Part shown: piece by piece, positions 25,696-37,501 of the stretch
How positions within the stretch are numbered: position 1 is the first letter of the stretch
How the letters are laid out: the number at the start of each line of letters is the position of its first letter
DNA from: Ptychomitrium polyphyllum
Lineage: Eukaryota
NCBI GenBank assembly: GCA_973851085.1
Contig: OZ316775.1
Location: 620,001-684,000, forward strand
Length of the DNA stretch: 64,000 nt
Direction: 5' to 3'
Translations under genes and position numbers: made by a program
Notes under the pieces: model-generated
What the model was told of the DNA's origin: nothing
The model's database searches: none
The model's input: only the letters and a program-made list of their open reading frames with translations

Positions 25696-26828
25696 TTAAC
25701 TGTATCAAAAATGACCTAATTGCTATTAGTCATGCTTCTTATTATTGTTAGAAGCAGATAACTTTGTTATTTGAAGACTTTGTAAAGGAGACTCTAAGGC
25801 ACGCATGCATGCATGAATTTTGCTTAAATAAGTTATAATTCTCAAAATTTTGTTTGGTGGATTTATGTCACAATTATTGCAACCCTCATAGTTTTGATAC
25901 TTACCTTGTTCATTTATGGAAATCAAAGGAACCATTGAAACCACAACACTAGGCTTGGTTTTAAAAGAAAGTCAATTTTATCAATTTAAAGCTACTGTTT
26001 ATTGTATTATTTATCAATCAAATTAATCTAGAATTAAAAAAATAAGAAATATGTAGTCTTATTTGTTTTTATGAATAAAATTCAATTGTTTTAGAATTTC
26101 TAAAAAATTCAAAACCTACTAAGCAAAATTTTGAAGTTCATAACTTATTTGTATAGTATTTGAATAATATACTCTTCTGTTTTCTTAAATTTTTTAGAAA
26201 ATTAAAAGAAATCTATTTTTTTTGAAATTCTAATAATAAAATTTGAGTGGAACATATGAGAGGACCGTAAATGAAAGGATTCATTTTAGTTTGTATTTGA
26301 GACCATTTCTTTAGATCCATTAAATTAAGAGACAAAAGAAGTTGGAGTTACAAAATTTAGAAATAATACATAATTTTAATTTGTAGGAAGAAAATATGCT
26401 TAACTTACACTCGCCTTTTCAAGGACCAATTTCTTTTACATATTTAAAAATAAAATCAGTGCTGTTTTTTTTACAATTTATGACTTTAAACATTACTGTT
26501 AAAAATTCATATTTGTTGATTTTGTAAAATAATCTCTATTTTTGTTTGGAAGAAAATACTTTAATCAATAAAAACATATTTCAAGCTTGCCTTTCCGAAG
26601 GAATTGGTGTTTTCCTTTAAGCTGATCATGTCATCTTCATAAAGGGAATTTATATAAATAGAAAAAAGTAAAATAAATAAATCAATAGAAATAACTCAAA
26701 GTTGAGTGCTCATTGTCTGTCATCATTGTCAAGATTTTCATACATTTTGTTTTATTTGTATATATAAAAAAGAAGAAGATAAAACTACAAATAATTTTTT
26801 AATTTATATTAACATACAAAGAATTTTT

Positions 26829-28979
26829 TTACTGCAACAAGTTTATATTACATCTTAATTTTTGGGCTCGTCAAGAAAGTGTGCCTTGTGCTTCTAAAAG
26901 GAACAGTCCAAATGCACCCAATCCAAATGCCTGTGAGATCCAGGACAACATGGCTGATTCCCCATACTACAGGGATTAATTGCTGGTGCTTTGAGCCAGC
27001 AGCCGTCAGTACATACTCCTGTAGAAAACCTCACAAATCATGAGTCCAATAGAAAGAGTTCTTAGTTTTCTATCACATTTTCCAATCCAAAGTGGCATAT
27101 CCATGTGGCCCATTTCAAAATTTGTGAACATGATCTTGCACTGGATATCTAACAAGAAAACCACTTTCCTCCCTTGTCTAAAGCACAATTGACTCAATGC
27201 AGGATGCTTGAATGAAAATCCCACAAGCTTTGCCAAAGTGTCTGAAAATGCTCCTGATCAAGAAAACATACTCAAGGTGAGTATTATTTTGCAGCACAAA
27301 TAGGTGAGCTCATTCTACCAAGTTGTAGAAATCCCCTTGAGGAAGAGGGAAGAAAGTCCTGTATAAGGTATGGCATGGTCAGGGTTTTTAGGTGCTCCTT
27401 CCTCAGCAGTTCTGTATGGATGAAACATTCTGCTAGAATGTAAGATGCTCCGGTTGTCCAATACAAGATAAAATGTAGTGTAGTGGACTGCTTGCATCCC
27501 CATTCACCTATAATAATGGCACTCCTTACTAAATGAAATTAGGTGCTTAGAACACATCATCTCTCTCATTTCTGAATTATATTTAAATAGTACTCATCCA
27601 GTACAACTAAAAGGAGGGATATCATGTATGTTTGAGGTGCTGGATTCCTGCTTGTGCTCACTAACCTCCATTATATTCATTTCCTTACAACATTCATTCT
27701 TATAAAATACACAGGAAATCGTTAGCCAACTTCTATAAGATGAGAGATAAAAGAAAGGATCAAATTTCTGTAATTTTCTTGTAAAGTAAAACTTTGAAAT
27801 CCAATTTTTATGAGATTGTTGGGTTAAGGTAGATTCCAGATTTACAAAACATGTCATAGAGAACATATTATTTTGAACTATTACTGAATGCCTGATGTCA
27901 CATTTGAAGCTCCAGTGCTTAGTCCTGAAATTAGTTCAGATCCCAAGCCAGTCTATTAGAACATGCTCTAAGCAAATGATACACTTGACAAGTAACTGAA
28001 GATTTGCTGCATATTTTGCAGCAACCAAAGGAATGCAGCAAAATCTGCTGCATATTTGGGTAGCTAACCAATCCATAGGATGCAACTTCATGTTTGATTC
28101 AATGATGGTGCCATCACATTCACTGAACAAAAGTGTTCCTACTGAAGTCTTCAACCTTGAGGACAAGCATGGACGTGTGATAGAAACCTGTTTGTGTGAC
28201 CACTTGCCAGCCTCAACAAAGTCTATGCAGAAGTAGAATTGACAAGCAAGTGTTGGGTACATAGCTAAGGAAAAAGGACTAAATTTTTGGCATACATGAA
28301 ACCATCAGGTAAGCATGTTTGAAACTTTCACCTCCTAGGATGGGCATACAAATGACAGCTTCAAGTTGCCTCTATGCATGCATGTGCCCTGCATCTGGCA
28401 ATGCATCTATTCACTTCTCTGGGCACTTGTACGCACAAAACAAGTCTTGTTCGAAGCTGCTCACAAGTCTAGGTTGAAAGTGTTGGCTGAGGAAAATAGC
28501 AAGTTGTATCAAGGTCCTGCATGTGGTGGACACATGGTCCACCAAAGTGAGCCTCACACTGACAAGCTGAATGAAGAGGCAAAGCTTCATCAGTCTTCAC
28601 TACTGAGTCCATTATAAATTGCAATGATATGCATAACATGAGCTTGTATGATTGAGCAGCCCCAGCATGCAACATGGGCCACTTTTACACACTACTCAGG
28701 GCAAGGGCTGGTTAGTCAGAAACCTTGTCCAGTGATTTACTGGTGATTCAGTTGCCAGGCTTGTGCTGAGAGTTGGATAGGCTCCAGATTGTGCAACAAA
28801 TTTGATAAGGATAAAGCCTCTCTGATCCTGCGTTGTTGCTACATATACCTGAGTCAACATGGTAGCAATGTCTGGGTTCATACAGTTCAGCCTGCTCTAA
28901 TGCTGTCATTGAGTTTTAGGATTAAACAAATTTCTAGGACTGTGAAGACACCTCAAACCAAGCAGCTATGCACAGCCAT
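26829..28979 (-). pseudogene. Decayed intronless ORF of unknown function (ORF B, ~717 codons), basic protein
   Basis: Four track ORFs (27006, 27315, 27594, 27936) share one frame running from ATG 28979 to TAA 26829 with no frameshift. Hand count is 25 internal stops: 17 TGA, 6 TAG, 2 TAA, with 21 Tyr versus 8 TAR codons. One overlapping plus frame is also stop-poor, so the strand is probable rather than certain. Confidence 0.6.
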
Positions 28980-28991
28980 CTCTTAGAAATC

Positions 28992-31146
28992 ATGAACATG
29001 ATGGTGACGTTGTGGATGGTTGCTGCATTAATTGCCAGCAGCCAAGGAGAGGATTGTCGATGTTCGGATTCAAATGCTCCTTGCTGGCCGACGAGCGAGC
29101 AATGGAACGCTTTCAATGTATCCATTAGTGGTCGATTAATTGCTCCCAAACCAACAGGTACTTCGCTACACAAGCAACTCTTTTGTGTAGTGACTTATGT
29201 CTGGACGTTAGTACTAGTGGTGCTAGCGCTAATTCAATTCTATTAGTTAACCACGATCAATACGGTACTCTGGAGCTAGTTCCTCAATATGAGTTCCATG
29301 TGAACATAATACTACTTACATGCAATGCAACAAACTATAGACGAATCCAAAAAATTAAATTCATGACTGCTGTAGTTAACAAAATCACCTGAAGATCCAA
29401 AACTTAATATGAAGCAATTTACAGTTGTATCCGATCATACTGCATATCACAAAGAAGATTTAAAAGAGGAAAGAAAACATACGTTTCAGCTACAGTACTT
29501 CAACTGTCCATTGTAAACTTGAAATTTTTATTGAGACACTTGCTTCTGATGCAATTTATTCTTGAGAGTCAGGGAGTCCTTGCCACGACCCACTTTTCAA
29601 CGCAGAAGTGTGCCAAGCCATTCGGGAGAACCAAAGCAATGCATACATGCGAGCAGCCAATGCCGGAAGCATGCAAAACGAGAATTGGGAGGAAGACGGC
29701 GACAGAACCTGTGCGATGCACGCGCCCCAGAGTGGATGCCATCAAGGACGAGTGCCGATACTGGGGGTGCAAGTGGAAGCTGTACACGACGTGCAAAATG
29801 CCATCTGCTTCGCAACGCATCACAACCTCCGAGTGGTAGTAAAGACCAGTGGTCATGACTACCTCGGCCGAAGCGCGGCAGCTGGGTCATTTCTCATTTG
29901 GATGCACAAGCTTAAGAACATAAGCATCCATGAATCGTGGGCTGGATGTGGGCGCCATGGGGCGGCCGTCACCGTTGTAGGTGGCGTTCCATGGGGAGAA
30001 GTCTACGATGCGCTGAAACCGACGGAGTACATTGTCGTGGGTGGGATGTCGCTCACGGTGGGCGCCACTGGCGGGTTTGTGCAAGGAGGTGGCCATGGCG
30101 CCCTGAGCCCCTCCTTGGGACTGGCCGTCGACAACGTCCTACAAATGGAGGTCGTGACGGCCGACGGAGTCCTGCGCGTCGCCAACCCATGCCAAGAGGC
30201 GGACCTCTTCTTTGCTCTTCGTGGAGGCGGTGGAGGAACCTTTGGTGTGGTGACGTCTGTCACGTACAAACTCCACAAAAGTCCTCAAGAGTTGGTGGGG
30301 ACCGTGTTGCAGCTGAATCCGCTCAATAGAACAGCCTGGACGACGAAGACGCAGGAAGAAATCCTCGAAGTATGGTCGCGCGGGACTATTCCACTTGATG
30401 TCGCCAAGTGGGGGGGATACTGGCACTTCAGTTCCTCTGAATTTTTCTGCAATTTCTTGGTGCCCGCCACACAGTCAGCTGCGAGTGTGACGTTCACCCC
30501 GATTGTGGAAGCTCTCTTACAGATCGAGAACGTAACAACCTCCTTGTACTCGACACTCAGCTTCTCCACATTCCAGGAGTGGCATAGCTCTGTCTACGAT
30601 CAGATTTTCCCACGAACGCACACGGACTACACGGGAAACCGTGGCTTGTTGGGGTCGCGAATTATCCCCTTCTCGGCACTCTCGTCGCCCCATCAGCTGG
30701 CGAAAACAATAGTCGCAGCGCTGAGGCATTGTGGCGACTCTGGCGTCGAGGGCCACATGGTAATTGGGCCAGGAGTTCGCACAGGCGACCTCCAACAACA
30801 GACAGCCGTGACGCCGGCGTGGCGAGAAGGAGTCTGGCACTTGACCTCATTCGCAAGCTGGGCTTGGAATGCGACCGAAGTGAGGAAGAGCGGGGCTCGG
30901 ATTCAGGCTAGGAGCTTCACAGAATTGCTCCAGGATGCGTTCCCTGACGGAGGCGCTTACGTGAACGAGGCCAGTATTGAGGAGCTGGATTGGGCAGAAT
31001 CGTTTTGGGGACGTGAGAACTACGCCAGGTTAATGGCGATCAAGTTGCAATTTGATCCCCGTGGCCTCTTCGTCTGCCGGCAGTGCGTGGGCAGCGAGCT
31101 GTGGAACGAGGATGGCAATTGCCGCAAAACTATAGTTGCAATTTAG
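28992..31146 (+). CDS. Secreted FAD-linked oxidase (berberine bridge enzyme-like, fungal-type), 579 aa
   Basis: join(28992..29157,29573..31146) with a GT-AG intron. Signal-peptide-like N-terminus (start could also be 28998 or 29001), CRC..PCWP..W..FN..ISGRLI, covalent FAD motif KTSGHDYLGRS, GGGHG, ALRGGGGGTFGVVT, and BBE domain GAYVNEA..FWG.ENY.RL..IK..FDP. Confidence 0.93.
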
Positions 31147-31828
31147 AGCTGAAGCCATCAGACTTCCGAGTCGCAACCGACAATTCACCACTCAAATACT
31201 GTGATCGAATGGACCCTGCAAGATTTCACAAGTCTAGATTGTCTAAGGTTACGGACTACGCAACTGCCATACTGCAGAAACCCATTGCATAAAGTGCTCT
31301 TGTAAGCAGCCACTCTGAGTGCAGTAAATTATAAATGTTACGTTCCTCACTGGACTTCATTATCTCTGGAGTGTAATACCTGAAAGCCGAGTTCTCGTAA
31401 ATTAGGCCACCTCATCAGAACATTCAAAGACAACGGGCCAGTGACATCAATTGACTCAGGCACAACTTACGAAAATTTACGAGAAGAGACTAAAATGACC
31501 TTGCACAGTATTGAACACATTTGCACGATACGTTCGACCGATTGTCTAAAGACGCCTCGCCTCTTTTATTACAGTCGTCTCTTTCGATGCCTAAGGATCA
31601 CACCATCTGTAAACTTTAACAGTTCCAATAAAAAAGGACCCAGCATTCTATTTCACATCTTGTGTTCAGACCTTTCGATTATGGGCAGTTCTAAGATCGC
31701 GTCATCTTACAAAAGTTGACTTTGTGTGATGTTACACTTCCGTCCCGCCCGGTATACCTATAAAACCAATGAAGAATGGCATTGTTTTTCGTAATCTGTG
31801 AGTGTACAACTACAGGAAATGGAACCTG

Positions 31829-34800
31829 TTACATTATAGTACATTTGTGCGGAACTTTCTTCCCTGACTCGTCATAAACGTTATCAGTGATTATGAATCC
31901 GCCTTGCTGCTGGATTTCCTCCAATCGTTGTATGACGACTGAGAACGTTGGACGTTTGCTTGGATCCATGTCCCAGCACTCTTTTATCAATCTGAAATAA
32001 CGTGTCAGAGCTAAGATCAGTTGAATACATATTTATACTGTTTAACTTATATGAATCTGTGACAATATTATTCAACGATGAAAACTTACTTACACGTTGT
32101 ACATGCTCAAAGCTTTGTAATGTAATGTACAACTAAGCTGTAACTGATGCCAACACAAGCCAGTACGTAGTCAGTAACACTCACTCTTTCATTCCTGGTG
32201 GATAGGACTGCGAGTTGAAGGATGGACGTTGCATGTCTTTAGCTCGGGCTATGGCAATGGACTTTGGTAGCTGATATTTCAGTGCAGTCGCTCCTTCAAA
32301 CATCTGCATTCGACAAGACGCACATCAATCTAGCTCGTAAATTCACAAAATTTGATTTCAGCAAAAGTTGTGGCGACAATACTAAACTGATAGATCTTTG
32401 AGCAGGTTAACAAACCTCTTGAACAATAATGGCAAAGGAGAAGACATCTACGCTTTTGTCATAGTGCTTGTGCATGAACACTTCGGGGGCCATGTATCGA
32501 TCTGATCAAGAAACATAATGAACATATCCACAGTGAGCAAGAATTTCAACAAAACGAATCCAAGAATCAGGGTAACTGTTGTAACTGTTGTACCCAGACG
32601 TCAATATACTGCACACCAAGATACCTTGGGGGTATGACTTTCCTAAATTGCACAATTTTCAGCTTCCTTCTGGTACTTGAAGGTGCAACAGTGAAATCTG
32701 GTCTAGCATCCAAATCACCAGACACGGAAAATAGAAAAGAAACTCCATTTGAGAAAAAGAGTCATCAGCTTACAAGATCCAGTTTCGCCCGTCATTTCGT
32801 ACAGAGCATCACAATCTGCTGCAAGAGGATCAAGAAGTTTGCCCAGCCCGAAATCTGCCACTTTCAGATGCCCCGCATCATGTTGCAAAAGGTTTCTGCT
32901 CAACATGATACCATCAAGGAATAAGAAAAATTAACTAGTGGGATACCAAGCTATACTAGAATAGATGTAGTCCAAGCCACTCTCGATAAAATAAAAAAGA
33001 GGTAACATCAACAGCTCCTTCACTCATAAAAAAGCGTTAGTACCTGGGCTTCAAATCGCGATGAACAATAGCATTCGGCTTATGTTGGTGTAGATAATTC
33101 ATTCCCCTACACAATCATCAAGACACATATTTGAGCTTCCAACATAAATATTGCAATGTAAGCCACTTACTATAGATATAAAACAACAATTAGAGAGGTA
33201 AATGATGTTCAAGCGCACCTGGCGATGTCAAGGGCAAAACAAATAGATGTTCTCGCACTTAGTCTTCCTTTTTTCTCCATCAGGTCATGTAGATCTCCCT
33301 GAGGGAATATACAAGTTAAATATGGTAAGGAAAGGAAATTGCATAAATGCGAGTCCGCTTCAAACCGCATGTAACGTATTCAACTTGCACGAAAACTTAA
33401 AATTAAGAGGCCTGGAGTCAGTCAAGTCTAACTTTTGGAAGATATTCAGTGACCATGACCATAGGCCGCTGAGTTGTCACAGCTCCCAGGAACTGCACTA
33501 TGTTCGGATGCGAAAGATTTGCCAGTAACGCCAGTTCATCTACAAACTCCTTCCTGCTCGCCACCAATTTCCGAGGTGTCAATAGAGCCAATTTGAATGT
33601 CATATTTCGCATCTAATTTGCAAGATAGGTGGAGTTCGTGCACAGAAAGACACCTTATCAATATCAAATCAAAATCTTAAAATGTTCTACAAAACGTACA
33701 CAATTTGGGGATCTTTCGACAATTCCGTAGTGATGGTCTTGGCAGCGACCATTGTCCCTCTCCACCTCACAACTCGAATTTCTCCAAACGCACCCTGTGA
33801 TTTTTATTTCATGCAACGCACTTAGTTTCTGACGATCGTGTGATGAACCTATGCAACACTTCTAGGCATAGAAATCAGAAGTACACACCACAACTTACAA
33901 GGAATTCCGTCTACAGTGCACATCCTAGCTCGCTGCTTTTTACTGCCGGTACGTAGATACTGATAGCTTTCATAGAAAACGCAGAAGGAAAGTACTTAGT
34001 GTGCTGCTTATGAGAAATGGTGTACTAACTTTTCCAATAAATTTGCCTTGGTTCAAGTTCAACTCTCCGATAGGGATCTCGAATTCTTCAAGACCGTGGG
34101 TCTGTCACACACACACACAAACATTTGACACTACTCAATATTCCTTGGCTACCGTAAGCTTGGCTATACAATTGTCTCTTGCTTTAGAGAAAGGCTTAAT
34201 GGGACAGGTGTTACCTTTTTGCTTACCTTGATAAATCCACGTCGAGCTGCCAGGATTTTACAAATTTCCATGTGCCCATACTCCTTCGCATTTGCCAGCG
34301 GCTGCTCTCACGACAGGACACTCTATTAGCATCTCACTGCCGAAAGACATAAAAATGTTTGGATTGTGTGCACATCATTGCAAGTTACTGGAACAACTTC
34401 AGAAACCTACTAACGTCATTCGTGTGCAAACTTTGTACACGGTGCTCCATTTTCCTAATCCATTCATTTCAACTAACAAATTCTTTGTTATTCGTCACTG
34501 GTCGTGATTATTGCTGAAGAAACACAGAAGCAGAGAAGTACACAACAACAAAGTAACTAACACATCCTTCACGACGTCCTGACTTTAGTTTAATCACATG
34601 ATGTCAAGTTAAACTGCCAAAGTATCACGATGGCCATTTCAACTTCATGTAATGAGGTGGTAGACGTACTGTATCTCCATTCCGGTCTATCGGATTCACG
34701 TCGGCGTTTTTCTCTAACAAGAAATTGACTACGGCAGCGTGACCTTCACTTGCTGCAAGATGCAAAGCTGTGCGGCCGTCATAATCCGCAGCATCCACTG

Positions 34801-34900
34801 GCATGCCTTGATCCAGCAGCTTTTGAATGCCCCCTACATCTCCTTTGCTTGCATGAAACAAAAAGTTACCAACGTCATCTGCTACTCTGAGAGCGTTCAT
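31829..34900 (-). CDS. Ankyrin-repeat Raf-like protein kinase (ILK/VIK family), 408 aa
   Basis: 11 GT-AG exons: 34900-34670, 34301-34227, 34101-34030, 33794-33700, 33553-33433, 33298-33219, 33106-33044, 32895-32774, 32501-32416, 32303-32185, 31991-31829 (1227 nt). Ankyrin DYDGRTALHLAASEGH; kinase GKGAFGEI, VAAK, HRDLKPRN, DFG, GSYRYMAPE; ends HKCTIM*. Start codon is inferred. Confidence 0.92.
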
Positions 34901-37501
34901 GTCGAAATACACCTGAGAAAGAACCATCACAAGAAGATTCGCAAGTTTCAAAATCACTTTCAGTTTGAAATCTCCACATCTATTCCCAGTATGACATCAT
35001 TCCCGAGAACCCTAGCTATAGGGCTGAAGGTACAGAGGAAAAGATTAGTGCCCTCACTTCAGGGCAGAGTATTCTACAAATATTTAAGAGCGAAACTTAT
35101 CTGAAGGTGATAAGTATGAGCTAGAACCTAATTGGGCAACCAGAAAAAGGTGCAGCATCAACCGCAGCGTCGCTGCGCAAGTTGAACTAGAGCAAACGAA
35201 AAATGAAAACCTAGCCTCACAACCCGAGGCTCTGGTTGAAAACTAGGACAGCCTTGAGTACCTTCGAGCTCGATCGAAGTTCATGTTCTCACGTCACTTT
35301 TCTACGACAACAAGCAAACACAGAAACAGAAATCATCAAGATTCTACCATCTAGCAAAGAACGTCGCACGAAGAGCTACTCAACTCAATCCTCCGGTAGG
35401 TTTCTGTTTCCTGAGCTGCGTAAGATTCTTCTGATAAGGCCACAGGGGATCAAGCGTTCCGGTGCCAGAACATCCTCTCCCACCATCATCTCTCAGCAAG
35501 CTTTCATTCATTTTCAGCAGATATAATGAGAAACGAAACAGAGTGTAACTGTCATCTGGCAGTTCAACTCGAAGTGAGGGTTAAACTTCGCCACTCTGGA
35601 CGAGCGAATCTTGCCACTATTGTTCTAAAATTGAAAATCCGAGAAGAAAGAACCTAAAAAAGCATCGATGTCCAGTTCATACGACTTTCGCTCACAATGA
35701 CATATTTTCCTTCTCTCGTAGCAATGGCACGATCATCTCAAGCAACATCGATCAACATGCACCAGTTCTCTTTCCTACCAGTCACACGAGGCCGATTCTC
35801 AACCCAACTACAAAACCAATTCCTCCACAGTACTCCACAGAAACATCAAGAAAACCAAAACCACTTCTATATCGCCACAATGGCAAACAGAAAGTCCAAT
35901 AACATGATATAAGAGCGAACAAGCAAAAACAAGTGCCATCATGTCAAGAATTCAAACGAAGCTATGCCTGACCTATAGAGTACAACACTAGAACAGGGCT
36001 AGCCGCCTCCTCTCGCCGTCGTCTCCTGCGTCAGTTACAGACCATTGTAAGGCTTCTCACTGTTATGAAAAAGAAATGCTTTGCATAGATTGGAAACTGG
36101 AGACAAGCGTCGACCCATCTGCAGCAAATGAGTGCGTATCTTCTGGAGAGCAGTGAGTGGAAGGCTGGAGGTGGCGATTAAGTGGGAGCAGGGGGCCAGC
36201 ACTCGATCTGAGCCGTCCAAACCCTCCATCTACTTTTGACTCTACAAGATCGGATCGCCGCATACCGTTTCTGGAGTTCTCAATGTTCATGAGCTGCTGC
36301 AGCCCTGCTCATCAGTCAAAGGGGGCTCCGTGATTTACAAAGTGCACCTGTGTCTCCGCTTCGTCAACCCACGTTATAAAAGGCCTTCCGGATGTTCGGC
36401 GCTGCCTTATGTTACTTTTTTCTGCTGCTACGAAAGGGTTTGAGTTCGCGTTTCAAGATTCGTTTTCAATTTTGTAGTGGAACCGGAACTGTTTGTTAGT
36501 TTTCTCTAGGGGTGTACAGTCATTTTGATTTGGGATTTGCCTGTATTTGTAAATACTCGATGCAAGGATTCACCCACTTATCAATTATATATGAACTGTT
36601 ATCGAAATGTAGCTGATCATGGAGGCCTAAGTACCTATTCCGCAGATCAATCCGCGAAAACCAGCTAGATGTCCTAAATCTTTCAACATGCGGGCGAAAC
36701 TCTCTGCTAAGCACCGAGGTTGGTGTTGGGCGTCGTTCAAGATGCTTTTAGTTTTATAGACAAAGTGGAATGTTTGCTGTGACGCATTTGGGTTTAAACC
36801 GAGTAGTGACGAGACCGGCATTCGCACCAAGCGCTAGCTGAGACCTTCAATAGGATGGTCGTGTGATCAATCACACGAAAGTTTGGGTGTTACGCATTTA
36901 AGTTATTAGTAAGATACGGTCGGTTGAGCAGCCAACTTCTATTTGGGTTTTTAGGAGGCACGATTTCCACATAATTTTGATGCCAGCAAAAAAGGTTAGA
37001 GAAGATCTTATGGTACAATATTCAAAGGATGATGCTTTCCAGGGAGGTGCTATGAGATGACCAATTTGAAAAAGATTCGACATATTTTCTGCAACGTATA
37101 GCTCATCCAGAAAATTGAAAGCTACGCTCTATTTTTGTTTGAGAAACTGTTATCGTCAAAGGTGCACATCGGGGCAGTGAAGTACATACAACATGCATGT
37201 GACCCAAAAGAATTCATATATTCACGATTACAGAAAGGTCAAATCCTCTCACAATTCACCAAGATGTGAAATAGGAATTGATACACTCTGCACAACACAG
37301 ACAAGGATACGAAACACTATCATTCACATTGAAAAGCAAACTCACCACACCCTGTTGATTCAGAATGTGAAATCAATGTACAACGGCCAGCTTTGGCGCC
37401 AGCTCACAGCTAAGTTTTAAACCTGTACATGTGCTAAATCACTTCCAAAATGTCTAGAGTATCAAAATTACCAGATGTCTTTCAATCACAAGGGTGATGG
37501 T

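Noticed and set aside
26829..28979. Ambigrammatic narnavirus or RdRp interpretation of ORF B
   Set aside because: The in-register plus frame has about 47 stops, close to random, and no RdRp motifs such as GDD were seen.
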